This document shows, piece after piece, positions 26,588-39,848 of a DNA stretch of 64,000 nucleotides. The stretch comes from Camelus dromedarius (Eukaryota). Under the pieces are notes generated by a model, which saw nothing but the letters and a program-made list of their open reading frames with translations, did no database searches and was not told the DNA's origin. Every line of letters begins with the position of its first letter. The first letter of the stretch is position 1. The stretch is taken from contig NC_087437.1 in assembly GCF_036321535.1 (NCBI RefSeq), positions 104,720,001-104,784,000 of the forward strand, written 5' to 3'. The position numbers and the translations under genes were made by a program.

Positions 26588-28315
26588 TTTAAGACTATTT
26601 TTTGGAGCAGTTTTAGGTTCACAACAAAATGGAAAGGAAGGTACAGGCATTTTCAGCGTGAACACTACCCTCACTAATGCATAGCCTCCCCTATTACCGA
26701 CATTCCCCACCAAGATACTCTGTTACCAAGGATGAACCTACATTGAGACATCATAATCACCCCATACATAATCCGCATTAAGGTCCCCTCTTGGTTTGTA
26801 CATCTTACGGGTTAGAACAAATGTGTAGAGACATGTGTCCAGCACTGTGACCTCACGGAGGGTACTTTCACTACCCTAAGCATCTTCTGTGCTCCATCTA
26901 TTCATTCTCTGTCCTAAAAACTGTATTTATTGTTGCAGTAGTTTTGCTTTTCCAGAGTGTCACATAGTTGAAATTATATAGTACGTAGCTTTTAGGATGG
27001 GCTTTTTTCACTCAGTAATATGCTTTTAAGGTTCCTCCATGTCTTTTTATGGCTTGATAGCTCAGTTATTTTCAGCACTGAATAATCCATTGTCTGTGTC
27101 TGCCACAGTTTATTGATCCACTCAATACTGCAGATCTTCCAGGATCAGGCAATTATGAATAAATCTGCTGTAAACATTTGTGTGCAAATTTTTGCATGGA
27201 CATGTTTCAGCTCCTCTAGGTAAATATCCAGGAATGTGTTTGCTAGATCATGTGTTAAAAGCATATTTAGTTTTGTAAGAAAGCAAACTGTCTTCCAAAA
27301 CAGCTGCACCATTTTGCATTACCACTAGCAATGAATGAGAGTTTCTGTCCCATATCCTCACCAGTATTTGGTGTTGTTACTGTTCCAGATTTGGGGCATT
27401 TTAATAGACGTGTAGTGATACCTTGCTGTTGTTCTAACATGCATTTCCATAATGACATAGGATGTGGAGCATCTTTTTGTGAGCTTATTTGCCATCTGCA
27501 CGTGTTCTTGTGGTGACTGTTAAGGTCTTTGATCCACTTTTTAAATTGATGGTTAGTTTTCTTATTGTTGAGTCTCTTTGTATGTTTTGGATAGCAGTCC
27601 TTTATTAGACGTATCTTTTGCTAATATTTTCTCCCAGTCTGTTGCACAGTAGAGCACTGTAATTTTTACAAAGTCCAGATTATCCATTATTTCTTGGTGC
27701 ATATCCAAAAAGACATAATTCTCCAGGTCATCCAAATTTTCTCCTATGTTATCCTCTAAGAGTTCTGTAGGTTTGTGTTTTACCTTTAGATATATATCTG
27801 TTTTGAGTTAAATTTTGTGACATGTGTGAGGTTTTTATTAGATTCATTATTTTGCATGCGTATGTCCATGTATTTCAGCACCAGTTGTTGAAGAGAATGT
27901 TTTTGCTCCCTTGTATTGCCTTTGCTCCTTTGTCAAAGATCAGTTGACCATATGTATGTGGGTCCATTCCTGGGCTCTCCTTCCATTCCATTGATCTGTT
28001 TGTCTATTATTTTACCAATATCACACCATCTTGCCATCTATAGCTTTATAATATGCCTTGAGGTCTGGTAGTGTCAGTCTTAAAACATTTTTCTTCTCAT
28101 TCATTACTGTTTTGGTGACACTGGGTCTTTTGTCTCTCCATATAAACTTAAAATACAGTTTGTCAATATCCATAAAATTACTTGATGCATTTTTTATTGG
28201 GATTGCTTTGACTCTATAGGTCAAATTGGGAAGAACTGACATCTTGAAAATACTGAGTCTTTCTATCCATGAGCATGAAATATTTATTCATTTATTTAGC
28301 TCTTCTTTTATTTTC
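26588..28315 (-). mobile_element. L1MC1/L1MC2-type 5'-truncated element
   Basis: Tail ggagcagttttaggttcacaacaaaa; ORF-track 28021-28242 (MSVLPNLTYRVKAIPIK...LTLPDLKAYYKA) is ORF2-like. Confidence 0.88.
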
Positions 28316-28549
28316 TTCCCCTATTTCTAAAAAACAAAAATGGCAAAGTCACTTAATGCATTAATAATTAAAATTAGGCCTGTGAAAAATCTTTGTTTCA
28401 TATCTAGTTTTAAAAAGAATTCCTGTGGTGTTTTTAAAATCATTCAACTTCAGAATTTTTCAGTTCCTTCTGAAAATATTTTTATTTTTTCTAGTTTTTC
28501 CCGTTTTTTCCTCTTCTTAATTTATCAAGAGTCTTTGACTAAGGATGAG

Positions 28550-29800
28550 TGGTAGGTTTTCTCTTCTGCTTTGTGTTTTTGTATCTGTGGAGTCATCACA
28601 ATTATTTCTTATTCAATGAGACAATGCTATGAATTATATTTATGGATTATTTCAAATAAATTACACCATTAATGTGTACCAAATATAATCTAATGTAGTC
28701 ATGGTGTATTTTACTTATTATTTGTGATTAGATTTGATTTGATAATATTCTCTTCAGAGATTTTTGCATTTGTGTGAGTGAATGAATGAGGCATGTGATT
28801 TTCTTTGACTGTCTGTGTAGTTATGGTGTCAAGATATTTCTGTCATCAAACAATGGGTAATAAATATTCCCATATGCATCTTCTCATTTTCTAGAAAAGA
28901 TAAGCATATTTGTGAATATTTTTTATTAAAAAGGCTTTGAATAATTGAGTATTTAATATTATATATTTATAATTTTCTATAAAAGTTTATCTACTGTCAA
29001 AATTTTTAGGATTTTTGGCATATAGCTGTAAAATTATTATAAAGTCTTAAATATCAGTAGTTTTTCTGCCTTTTAATAATAAAATTATTAACTTTTACAT
29101 TATTTTTAAAATCAGTTTTGCCTTCAGACATTTCTTGGAGAATCTTATGAGTCTTTCCATCCTGTTCAATGTATAAATTTTGTAACAAATTTTATAAGGC
29201 ATCATTTTCAATTTATAGTAATTTAATTATTTGAAAATACCAATAAATTATAATCATCTATTACGGTGTTGTTATTGAAATATATGAGGTAAAATCTGCA
29301 TTTATTTCTTTGTATGTAATCTAATTTCCTTTGAAAATTAGAAACTGTATTTTGCTATTTTATACTTAAATTTTGCTGATATGTGTTTGGATAAGAGTTT
29401 TTTCTTAACTCGCTTCTCTCATATTGAGTCAATCATTCACTCCAAGTTTTTTGTTTTTTAACCCTGGAAAATATATTTCAATTATTATTTCAAATATTTT
29501 CTCTCTTTATTTTGGCCTTTCTGGGACTTTAGTTATTCACTTGATTGCCTGTCTATTTCTATCCTATTTCTTTAACCAAAATCTTTAGGACTATTGTACG
29601 CTGATATTTAGAATCTTGAGTTAGATACCAAAATTCTTCCATATCTCTTTAATGATATTTTATCTGAATTAAAAGAAAATGGCCTATCTGTTCCAATTAG
29701 GCTGCTTCATATGGTGTGTAATTTTCAGTTTTCTTCTTCATCCACAGCCATTACACTCTTAAAATATCTAGTTATTTTATTTTGCATTTCCCTGGAGATA
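28550..29800 (-). mobile_element. Ancient L1 ORF2/ORF1 remnants
   Basis: Highly degenerate antisense L1 (tagatttgatttgataatattctcttcagagatttttgcatt; accctggaaaatatatttcaattattatttcaaatatt). Confidence 0.5.
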
Positions 29801-30861
29801 TCCTTCATCCTAATGGTAAAATGTGTCATTGGAGAACCTAATGCCCAGAACGTAATTTTTATCCCTTCTCATGAATTTAAAGGGACAGGAGGGAATAAAG
29901 TTTAGGAGAGAAAGCCACAACTGATCACCTCCAACCTATGCAGAGATTACTCAGGCAGCAAGCAGCCCTGTGGTGTGATTTCTCCTCTGGATTTCTGGAT
30001 AGAGATCCCCTGGAGGGGAACCCCCAGCAGGCAAGCGGTCTGTTTCCATTAACTCCTCACTTCTACAGGACTTTGGTGCTGTCCAGATATTTCCATGTAA
30101 GGTGAATGATGCCAAATCCTATTTCAAAATGCTAGTGGGATTAATGGAGTGGCACTGATTCTCTTAATGCAAGATACGAAGCAGGACACAGCCATGAAGC
30201 TCCTCCCTTCCTCCTGTGTTTCCCGCTACTGCACCTGTGCCACAGATTCAGGCTTCTGCAACATTTCTACAATTTGAAACAGATTTCAGTCTGCTTGGAG
30301 TTTTGTCATTGTTTGTTTTAAATGTTTGTCATATGTCCCATTCTCTCTATTTCTATATAAAAAGGAAGACTGAAACTTGCTTTTTTTCTTTTTTATGTCA
30401 TGATAGGCTCTGGAACTCTTAAAATTGGTTTCAACACTTTTTTTTTTTTGTCTTATTAACAATTCTTAATATTTGAATTTACAAATATTAAAAGCTCCTT
30501 AATTTGTCAGTCATATATTGCTCTCACATCCATTTTCTAACAAATAAATAAATAAATGAAAACAAACAAACAAACAAGTAAATAAAAGTGAAGCCCTGTA
30601 CTTTTGATTAGTTTTTGGTAACATCGTCTGCTAATAGCAGTACTAAAGCTGAATGGTGCCTTTTTTTTCTTTTTTTTTACCTACCTCATGGAGTACTGCT
30701 GATGACTATAGATATAAAGAGTTCAATCTCAAAGTAGACAGTAAACAGTCTTACAGCCAGTATATAGCTTTATACGAACATGATTGCAGAACAAAACTTC
30801 ATTTAATATATTCCATTCAGACTAAAATATTATTATAACTAGTTTTTAGTGTACAATATTT

Positions 30862-30902
30862 TTTTTATGTCAAAAATTTTTGGAGAGGGGAAGTAATTAG
30901 GT

Positions 30903-30942
<40 letters not shown>

Positions 30943-31019
30943 TGGAGGTACTGGGGACTGAACCAAGGACCTTGTGCATGCTAAGCATGCAGTCTACCAC
31001 TGAGCTAAATCCTCCCCAC
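30862..31019 (-). mobile_element. Camelid tRNA-Ala-derived SINE (Vic-1 type)
   Basis: Minus strand reads GGGGAGGATTTAGCTCAGTGGTAGACTGCATGCTTAGCATGCACAAGGTCCTTGGTTCAGTCCCCAGTACCTCC, then (AAAT)n and CCTAATTAC. 16-bp TSD ttagt(g/a)tacaatattt at 30846-30861 and 31020-31035. Confidence 0.9.
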
Positions 31020-33075
31020 TTAGTATACAATATTTAGAGATCTAAGAATTGTTGGTAGAGAAATGTCTTTGCAATCTTACATAAAAATCTGTCAAATTGT
31101 TTTATTTCCTGTGACATATTTTGATAAGCAAATTTTATCTTCACAAAAAACAAAATATGATTAACTTTGAAGAATACTAAAGAGGAAAGTGCAATCATTT
31201 ATCTCTACAATTATATTTCTTGCTAATTACATAATAATTGCCTTCATTTGTCAATTTAAACCTTATCGAACTTAAGTGATATACATAAGGCCATATTTAG
31301 AGTGAGTTTTCATTTTAAGTATGTAAAATATGAATTTTCAGGAGATCTCATGAACATGAACATTTCTCTTATTATGTCTCAATTTTTCTACTGTTATAAG
31401 TTACATAGACCACTCATGTGTTTTGCAATTTTTTGACCTGCTTTGACTATATTTTCCTAATTCAAAATCTTCACAGTTGAATGACTATTGAAGATGAAGG
31501 TCTGAAGCAAAGTTTGAATTTGAGATAAGTAATTAGTTTGATTTTACACTTTCAAATAAAATCTGGCCCTTTGAATTTAGAAAACCAAACACTGAAATAC
31601 ACATTGAATCAAACAGTAAAACATCCTTATTACAGATTATGTAAAGTATAAGAAAAATATGCTATGGCAACATTGTTAAAATTTGGCAACATCTAGAAAT
31701 TATTTTTTTCTTAAAATTGGGAGATATTTAAATTTTTATGATTAAAAATATTTAGATACAGATTAATAATTGTTGTTTATGATCATTATTACAGCTGAAA
31801 AAATACAATATTGTAGCTTAAACATAAATAAAACAAAGAAAATGTTAGCATCAAAGTCCATCCTAGGATGGAGTAAAGGATCTATTGGCAGCATAAACAC
31901 TGGTGTAACTCTTACATGAGATTTATCAGAAACTAGGCAATGTATACAAAACAAAACATTTTCTGAAAAAGTTTAAGTGATTTCACAAATGTTTATTATG
32001 TCTTTGTATGTAGTACCTAATATATTATATGTCCTTCCAGTTAGACATAAACATTAGAACATTTGTGTAAAAGGATGTAAAAGCCACAAGTCAAAGGGAA
32101 ATTGCCGACTGATTAATGTGTTTCCATGGTATTTCAATAGAGAGTGGACAAACTTAAATATGCACAGTGGCCCAGGTTACACATAGTAAGAAACTTTTGA
32201 ATAATCATTAGTAACCACTAGCACAAAATACATTTTGTAGGTGTCACTTTTCGAATTAAATTTTAAAATTTTAAAGCGTAATTTCTTTGGCTACTTAAGA
32301 TTTTGGAAATGCCACCTTGAATTAAAATTTGTATTTTACTCATTTCCTTATAAAAAGAGATAATAATTATATAGTAATTAGTAAGTACCAGGAAGAAAGA
32401 AGATGAAATAACCTTTGTTTTACTTTTATAAAAAGAACCACATGCGTCACATACATATTTAATGTGAGGCTCTGTTGTACTTCTTTAAAACAAATCACTT
32501 TAATTTTTAAGAACATCTGTTGGCCTTGAACAATAAAATCGTCGGCTATCTGGTTTTAAAACCTTGCAGACATCAGTTCTGAAATATTGGTTGTTCATTT
32601 GCCAACTGTGCAGTACTCACAGTTGTATACATTCAATGACACTGTATCTTTTCATTATAGAATTACCTTAATTAGAAGCTATGAGCCCAACTGAAATATC
32701 TTTACCATTTACCCCCATGTTGACCAGATTTGAAAGCTTATTTTTATGTCTCTTTGAAAATCTAAATTAACCAATTTGAAAATAAAATTAAATAGTATAA
32801 ATTAATCTTCATTTTCTAAATGTCATTAAATCATTGTAACATGTAGAACCACAGAATATTATATATAATATATCCATAAATAATATCATAAATACCATAT
32901 TGTATATAAATACACAAATTACCTAGATATATATATTTCTGTATGCTAAATCCTTTTTCCAATAATATAAAGATGAGTATTTTAGCTATTGTTTTCATTG
33001 ATACTAGGTGGATTTTGTTATATCAAATTGGAATTAAAAACAAATCATCAATAGTTTAATCAAAAGTAATTTTTC

Positions 33076-34350
33076 GGCCGGACGGAGAAGATGGCGGAGT
33101 AGAAGGACTCTCGCAAGTCACCCTCTCCCACAGATACACCAAGACCCACATCTACAGACCCACTCAGCCAACCAGAGCACCTGCGGAACTCCGACAGAAC
33201 ATCGCCCTCTTCAAAAGATAAAGACGCCAAAAATCTGGTAGGAGAAAAGGAAAAAAGAAAGAACAAAAGGCAAAGCAGCGCGGGATGGGTCCCGCGGGGA
33301 GGGAGCGGCAAAGGAGGACTGGCGCTCACTCGCTGGGTCTCCCCTCTCCAACTGAGAGGCCAGCGGGACGAAGGGGGAGCCTCCGAGGCTCAGATCTGTA
33401 CAGAGCAGCCCTTGACTAACAGAACTAAGTTAAACGGGCACAGAGCATCCCCCCGACACCCAGCCTGAGACGCGGGCCGGCAGCAGCGGGCAGGGCCAGG
33501 CTGCACAAGCCGGGCGGAGGACGGAAGTGGCTGCACGGAGGCAGCCCCGGGGGAACGCAAGGGGCTGCGCGCCGTGGCTGTGGGTGCACAGGGCAGAACA
33601 ACTTGGGCCCTCCATAAAACAGCAAGGTTGATGTGCTCTCGGGGGAAGGGTGCACACCCCCATCTCTGAAAACCCACGGAAAGTTTTCGGGGGAAGAGAT
33701 GCGGGGCTCAAGCACAGCCGCCAACTCCTCCGCGCTGAGCACTCAGGCGGGAGCGGGGGCGAAACCTGCGTCCGCACCTAAGGGCTTAGCAACCTCAAAG
33801 GCCAGACTGAGACTGGCCTACAGCCTGGGGCAGATAGGATCCGTCCATCCTGGTCCCTCAGAGAACTTGCACCACAAAGACAAACAAGGAGCTGGGTTCT
33901 GGCTCGGAGCAGGGACAGGACTGTCCCTCAGTCTTCCCCGAGCCCACCTGCGAAGCGCCGACCAGGGCAGAGCGCGCAGCCGCACAGAGAGCAGAGCTAC
34001 CGGCGGTGCAGGTAGAGGGAGAGCGGCCCCGCCCCCCGCCTTTCGGGCAGGAACACAGCCCCTGACCGAGGTGCTGGGAGGGGGCACGACCCGCCCTCCT
34101 ACCTGGCCAGTCTGCAACATCTGACTGCGGCATCCGGAGGGGCAGCGACCCGCCCGCCCACAGCAGAGAGCTGCACCTGACCCAGTGTTAGGAGGAAGCG
34201 CGATCTGCTTGCCGACAGGTGCTGGGAGCAGCACAGAAGAGGGCGCCAATGGAGGGCCTCTGAAAACAGCAAGCTGAGCTTCCAAAACAGGATGAAGACA
34301 GAAAGACTTCACATTAAAAGCACACAGACTCCAGGAGAACACCGACAAAC
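33076..34350 (+). promoter_or_regulatory. L1 internal Pol II promoter / CpG-rich 5'UTR
   Basis: The only CpG-dense segment in the window; YY1-type AAGATGGCG within the first ~20 nt; followed by T-rich tracts up to the ORF1 ATG. Confidence 0.85.
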
Positions 34351-34765
34351 CAACCGCCCCTTTTTTTTTTTAAATCTGTTTTTACCTGTTCTATTTTCTA
34401 TTCCTCTCTTAATCTTTACTTCTTAATTCATTTCTATTTCTCTTGGGTTTTGATGTCCTGCTATTGATTAGACACAGGTTTCAAATACAACTATTCATCT
34501 CCCCCCCCCCCTTTTTTTGTAAGGGTTTTAAAAGGACGTCTCAACCCGATTAATACTCTGCTTCAACTCACTCTTCTATTATTCATTATACACGGTTTTC
34601 AAACCCTCTTTCTCCCTTCTTTTAAAATTCTTTCTCTCTCTTTTTTTTTTTTTCTTTTTTTCCTAAGTTCTATTCCTAAATAGGCATCAGATAGATAAAA
34701 TCCTTAAGGGCCAAAATAAACAACTGATACTCCATAAACCACAGTGCCAAAGAGGTACGAGCAAG

Positions 34766-35659
34766 ATGAAGAAGCAGAAAAACCTTTCCCAATTAAAAGA
34801 ACAAGAGAAATCCCCTGAAAGAAAGATCAACGAAATAGACATCGATAGCCTACTAGATCAAGATTTCAAAAAAGGAGTGATCAAATTGCTGAAGGAATTA
34901 AAAGAGATAGTGTTTAAAGATATAAAATATGTCAAAAATGAAATTGAAGCTATAAAGAAGAGCCAAGTAGAATGGGTAAACTCATTGACAGAGATGAGGA
35001 ATGATCTAATAGCTGTGCAAAGCCGACTAGATAATGCAGAGGAACGAATTAGTGATCTAGAAGACAGGGCAATAGAAAGCACCCATTCAGAAGAACTACA
35101 AGAGAAGCAAATAAAAAATAATGAAAATAGCATAAGGGACCCATGGGATAATATAAAGCGTCCCAATCTTCGCATAATAGGGGTCCCAGAAGGAGAAGAA
35201 AGATCAAAGGGGATTGAAAAGGTTTTTGAAGAAATCATGACTGAAAACTTCCCAAACTTAAAGAAGGAATCAGATATCCAAGTACAGGAAGCTCAGAGGG
35301 TCCCAAACAGGAAGAACCCAAATAGACCCACACCAAGACATATCATAATCAAGATGGCCAGAGTCAAGGATAAAGAAATGATTCTAAAGGCAGCAAGAGA
35401 AAAGCAAAGAGTAAGTTACAAGGGAACCCCCATAAGGCTCTCAGCTGATTTCTCTACACAAACACTACAGGCCAGAAGGGAGTGGCAAGATATATTCAAA
35501 GCCCTGAATGAAAAAAAGATGCAGCCTAGGATCCTTTATCCAGCAAGGCTATCCTTGAGGATAGAAGGAGAAATAAAGAGTTTCACAGACAAGAAAAAGC
35601 TGCAGGAGTTTAGCAACACTAAACCCATGCTAAAAGAAATATTGAAAGGGCTATTCTAA
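34766..35659 (+). CDS. L1 ORF1p (coiled coil, RRM, CTD), intact, 297 aa
   Basis: Motifs RPNLRIIGVPEGEE, TPRHIIIK, AAREKQ, ARREW, YPARLS. Confidence 0.95.
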   Translation: MKKQKNLSQLKEQEKSPERKINEIDIDSLLDQDFKKGVIKLLKELKEIVFKDIKYVKNEIEAIKKSQVEWVNSLTEMRNDLIAVQSRLDNAEERISDLEDRAIESTHSEELQEKQIKNNENSIRDPWDNIKRPNLRIIGVPEGEERSKGIEKVFEEIMTENFPNLKKESDIQVQEAQRVPNRKNPNRPTPRHIIIKMARVKDKEMILKAAREKQRVSYKGTPIRLSADFSTQTLQARREWQDIFKALNEKKMQPRILYPARLSLRIEGEIKSFTDKKKLQEFSNTKPMLKEILKGLF

Positions 35660-36063
35660 ATAGAAAAGCAGCAGGATGCTACAGAAATGAGAAACACACA
35701 ACTGGAAAGGTGATAACTCATGAATTACAAATAAAGTAAACATGAAATTATAAAAGAAGACATACAAATCACTGAGAGTGGGAGAGGGAGGCAGGGAAAT
35801 ATAGAATATTTTTTTCTTTCTTTTTTAAATTTTTTTAACAGTAGGATGGGTTTGAGATCATGTTACTATCAGTTTAATAAAAACAGTTATAGTAATGGGT
35901 TGATAGATTTACAAAAAAGGGTAACCACAAGCCAAAAATTTACAAAGGAGTCACAAAAACTAAATAAAATCCATGATAATACAAAGGAAAATTACGAAAC
36001 CACAAAAGGAAGAAGAAAGGAACAAAGAGGATATACCAATTCAACTGCAAAGATAAGTTCAAA

Positions 36064-39000
36064 ATGGCAATAAACACACATCTATCATTAATTACTGTAA
36101 ATGTTAATGGACTAAATGCTCCAGTTAAAAGACACAGAGTGGCAGACTGGATAATAAAGCAAGAACCTTCAATATGCTGCATACAAGAGACCCACTTTAG
36201 GGAGAAGGACACATACAGATTGAGAGTGAAAGGATGGAAAAAGATATTCCATGCAAATGGAAAAGCCAAAAAAGCAGGTGTTGCAGTACTGATTTCAGAC
36301 AAAATAGACTTTAAAACAAAGGCCATAAAGAAAGATAAAGAAGGACATTTTATAATGATTAAAGGAGTGATACAAGATGAGGATATTACACTCGTTAATA
36401 TATATGCACCCAATATAGGAGCACCTAAGTACATACAAGAATTACTAACAGAGATAAAGGGGGATATTGATGGGAATACAATCATAGTTGGAGATTTTAA
36501 CACTGCATTAACATCACGAGACAGATCTTCCAGACAGAAAATAAACAAGGCAACAGAGAAATTAAATACTACAATAGAAAAACTAGATTTGGTGGATATT
36601 TTCAGAGCATTACACCCCCAAAAAATAGGATATACATTCTTTTCAAGTGCACATGGAACATTTTCCAGGATCGATCGTGTACTTGGGCACAAAAGAAACC
36701 TCAACAATTTTAAGAAGATAGAAATTATCTCAAGCATCTTTACTGACCACAATGCCATGAAACTGGAAATCAACAACAGAGAAACAAAGGAGAAAAAAAG
36801 GAAAGCATGGAGATTAAACAAAATGTTATTGAAAAAACAATGGATCAATGAGGAAATCAAAGCTGAAATTAAAAAATACCTTGAGACAAATGATAATGAA
36901 AGCACAACCACTCAAAACCTATGGGACACAGCAAAGGCAGTGCTAGAGGGAAGTTTATAGCGATACAGGCCTTCCTCAAAAAAGAAGAACAATCTCAAAT
37001 AAACAATTTAACCCACCACCTGAATGAATTAGAAAAAGAAGAACAAAAAGCCCCAAAAAGCAGCAGAAGGAAGGAAATAATAAAGATCAGAGAGGAATTA
37101 AATACAATAGAGATTAACAAGACCATAGAAAAAATCAACCAAACCAAAAGCTGGTTTTTTGAAAAAGTAAATAAAATCGACAAACCTCTGGCCAAACTCA
37201 CAAAGAAGAAAAAAGAGAGAGCACAAATTAGCAAAATAAGAAAGGAAAATGGAGAAATTACAACAAACAAAATAGAAATACAGAATATCATACGAGAATA
37301 TTATGAAAAACTATATGGAACCAAACTGGATAACCCAGAGGAGATGGACAAGTTTCTGGAAACATACTGTCCACCAAAACTGAATCAAGAAGAATCTGAA
37401 CACTTGAACAATCCGATCACTAGAAAGGAAATAGAAATAGCAATTAAAAACCTCCCTACAAATAAAAGTCCAGGACCAGACGGCTTCATCGGGGAATTCT
37501 ACCAAACATACAAAGAAGAACTCGTACCAGTCCTTCTCAAACTCTTCCAGACAATTGAAAAGGAGGGAATACTCCCAAACTCATTCTATGAAGCCACCAT
37601 CACCCTGATACCAAAACCAGGCAAAGACACTACAAAAAAAGAGAATTATAGGCCAATATCACTGATGAACATAGACGCCAAAATCCTCACCAAAATTTTA
37701 GCAAATAGAATCCAACAACACATAAAAAAGATTATACATCATGACCAAGTGGGGTTCATCCCAGGGACACAAGGCTGGTTCAACATATGCAAATCAATCA
37801 GTGTAATTCATCACATCAACAAGAGAAAGGACAAAAACCACATGATCATCTCAATCGATGCAGAAAAAGCATTTGATAAAATTCAACACCCATTTATGAT
37901 AAAAGCTCTCGCCAAAGTGGGTATAGAGGGAACATATCTCAACATAATAAAAGCTATATATGACAAACCTACAGCCAGCATAGTACTCAACGGTGAAAAA
38001 CTCAAAAGCTTCCCACTAAAATCTGGGACAAGACAAGGATGCCCACTATCACCACTCCTATTCAACATAGTCCTGGAAGTCCTAGCCACAGCAGTCAGGC
38101 AAAAGAAAGAAATAAAAGGGATCCAAATTGGAAAAGAAGAGGTAAAAGTGTCATTATATGCTGATGACATATTACTATATGTAGAAAACCCTAAAAGGTC
38201 CACACAAAAGCTACTAGAGCTGATTGAAGAATTCAGCAAGGTAGCAGGTTACAAAATTAACGTTGAAAAATCAGTTGCATTTCTTTACACTAACGATAAA
38301 TCAACAGAAGAAGAAAGTAAAGAAACAATCCCCTTTAAAATAGCACCCAAATAATAAAATATCTGGGAATAAATCTAACCAAGGAGGTGAAAGAATTATA
38401 CACAGAAAACTATAAACCATTGATGAAGGAAATTAAAGAAGAATTTAAAAAATGGAAAGATATTCCATGCTCTTGGATTGGAAGAATCAATATTGTTAAA
38501 ATGGTCACACTGCCCAAGGCAATCTACAGATTTAATGTAATCCCTATCCAATTACCCAGGACATATTTCACAGAACTAGAAAAAATCATAATAAAATGCA
38601 TATGGAACCATCAAAGACCTAGAATTTCCAAAGCTTTACTGAAGAGAAAGAAAGAGGCTGGAGGAATAACTCTCCCAGACTTCAGACAATACTATAGAGC
38701 TACAGTCATCAAGACAGCATGGTATTGGTACCAAAACAGACATATAGACCAATGGAACAGAATAGAGAGCCCAGAAATGAACCCACAAACTTTTGGTCAA
38801 CTCATCTTCGACAATGGAGGAAAGAATATACATTGGAATAAAGACAGTCTCTTCAGCAAATGGTGTTGGGAAAACTGGACAGCAGCATGTAAAACAATGA
38901 AGCTAGAACACTCCCTTACACCATATACAAAAATCAACTCAAAATGGATTAAAGACTTAAACATAAGACAAGATACAATAAACCACCTAGAGGAAAACAT

Positions 39001-39848
39001 AGGCAAAACATTATCTGACATACATTTAAAAAATTTTCTCCTAGAAGAAATAAAAGCAAGAATAAACAAATGGGACCTAATGAAACTTACAAGCTTCTGC
39101 ACAGCAAAGGAAACAAGAAGAAAACCTACGGAATGGGAGAAAATTTTTGCAAGTGAAACCGACAGAGGCTTGATCTCCAGAATATATAAGCAGCTCATAC
39201 GACTCAATAAGAAAAAAATAAACAACCCAATCCAAAAATGGGCAGAAGACCTAAACAAGCAATTCTCCAAGGAAGACATACAAATGATCAAAAAGCACAT
39301 GAAAAAATGCTCAATATCACTAATTATCAGAGAAATGCAAATCAAAACTACAATGAGGTATCACCTCAACACCAGTCAGAATGGCCGTCATTCAAAAATC
39401 CACAAATGACAAATGCTGGAGAGGCTGTGGAGAAAGGGGAACCCTCCTACACTGCTGGTGGGAATGCAGTTTGGTGCAGCCACTATGGAAAACAGTGTGG
39501 AGATTCCTCAAAAGACTAGGAATAGACTTACCATATGACCCAGGAATCCCACTCCTGGGCTTGTATCCAGAAGGAACCCTATTTCAGGATGACATCTGCA
39601 CCCCAATGTTCATAGCAGCACTATTTACAATAGCCAAAACATGGAAACAGCGTAAATGTCCATCAACAGGTGACTGGATAAAGAAGAGGTGGTATATTTA
39701 TACAATGGAATACTACTCAGCCATAAAAACCGACAACATAATGCCATTTGCAGCAACATGGATGCTCCTGGAGGATGTCATTCTAAGTGAAGTAAGCCAG
39801 AAAGAGAAAGAAAAATACCATATGAGATCGCTCATATGTGGAATCTAA
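36064..39848 (+). pseudogene. L1 ORF2p (APE endonuclease, RT, Cys-rich CTD) with three 1-bp frameshifts
   Basis: EN motifs NVNGLN, IQETH, GDFN, TDHN; RT motifs [10 protein letters not shown] and YADD; CWRGC...HCWWEC. Frameshifts near 36946 (-1), 38351 (-1) and 39369 (+1); repair gives 3786 nt = 1261 aa plus stop. Confidence 0.95.

Noticed and set aside
30940..31018. tRNA-like sequences here and at 48291 and 53765
   Set aside because: SINE heads with A-rich tails, flanking repeats in two cases and diverged stems; not tRNA genes.
33060..34348. ORFs of 89-176 aa in the L1 5'UTR, possible ORF0 analogue
   Set aside because: GC-rich DNA is stop-poor; the 176-aa ORF starts at TTG; no recognisable similarity to primate ORF0.
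35940..36911. 323-aa antisense ORF over the L1 endonuclease, and similar ones at 34858, 36995, 37883 and 38797
   Set aside because: Shadow ORFs of an A-rich L1 coding strand; the long one starts at GTG and is F/L/S-biased with no recognisable domain.
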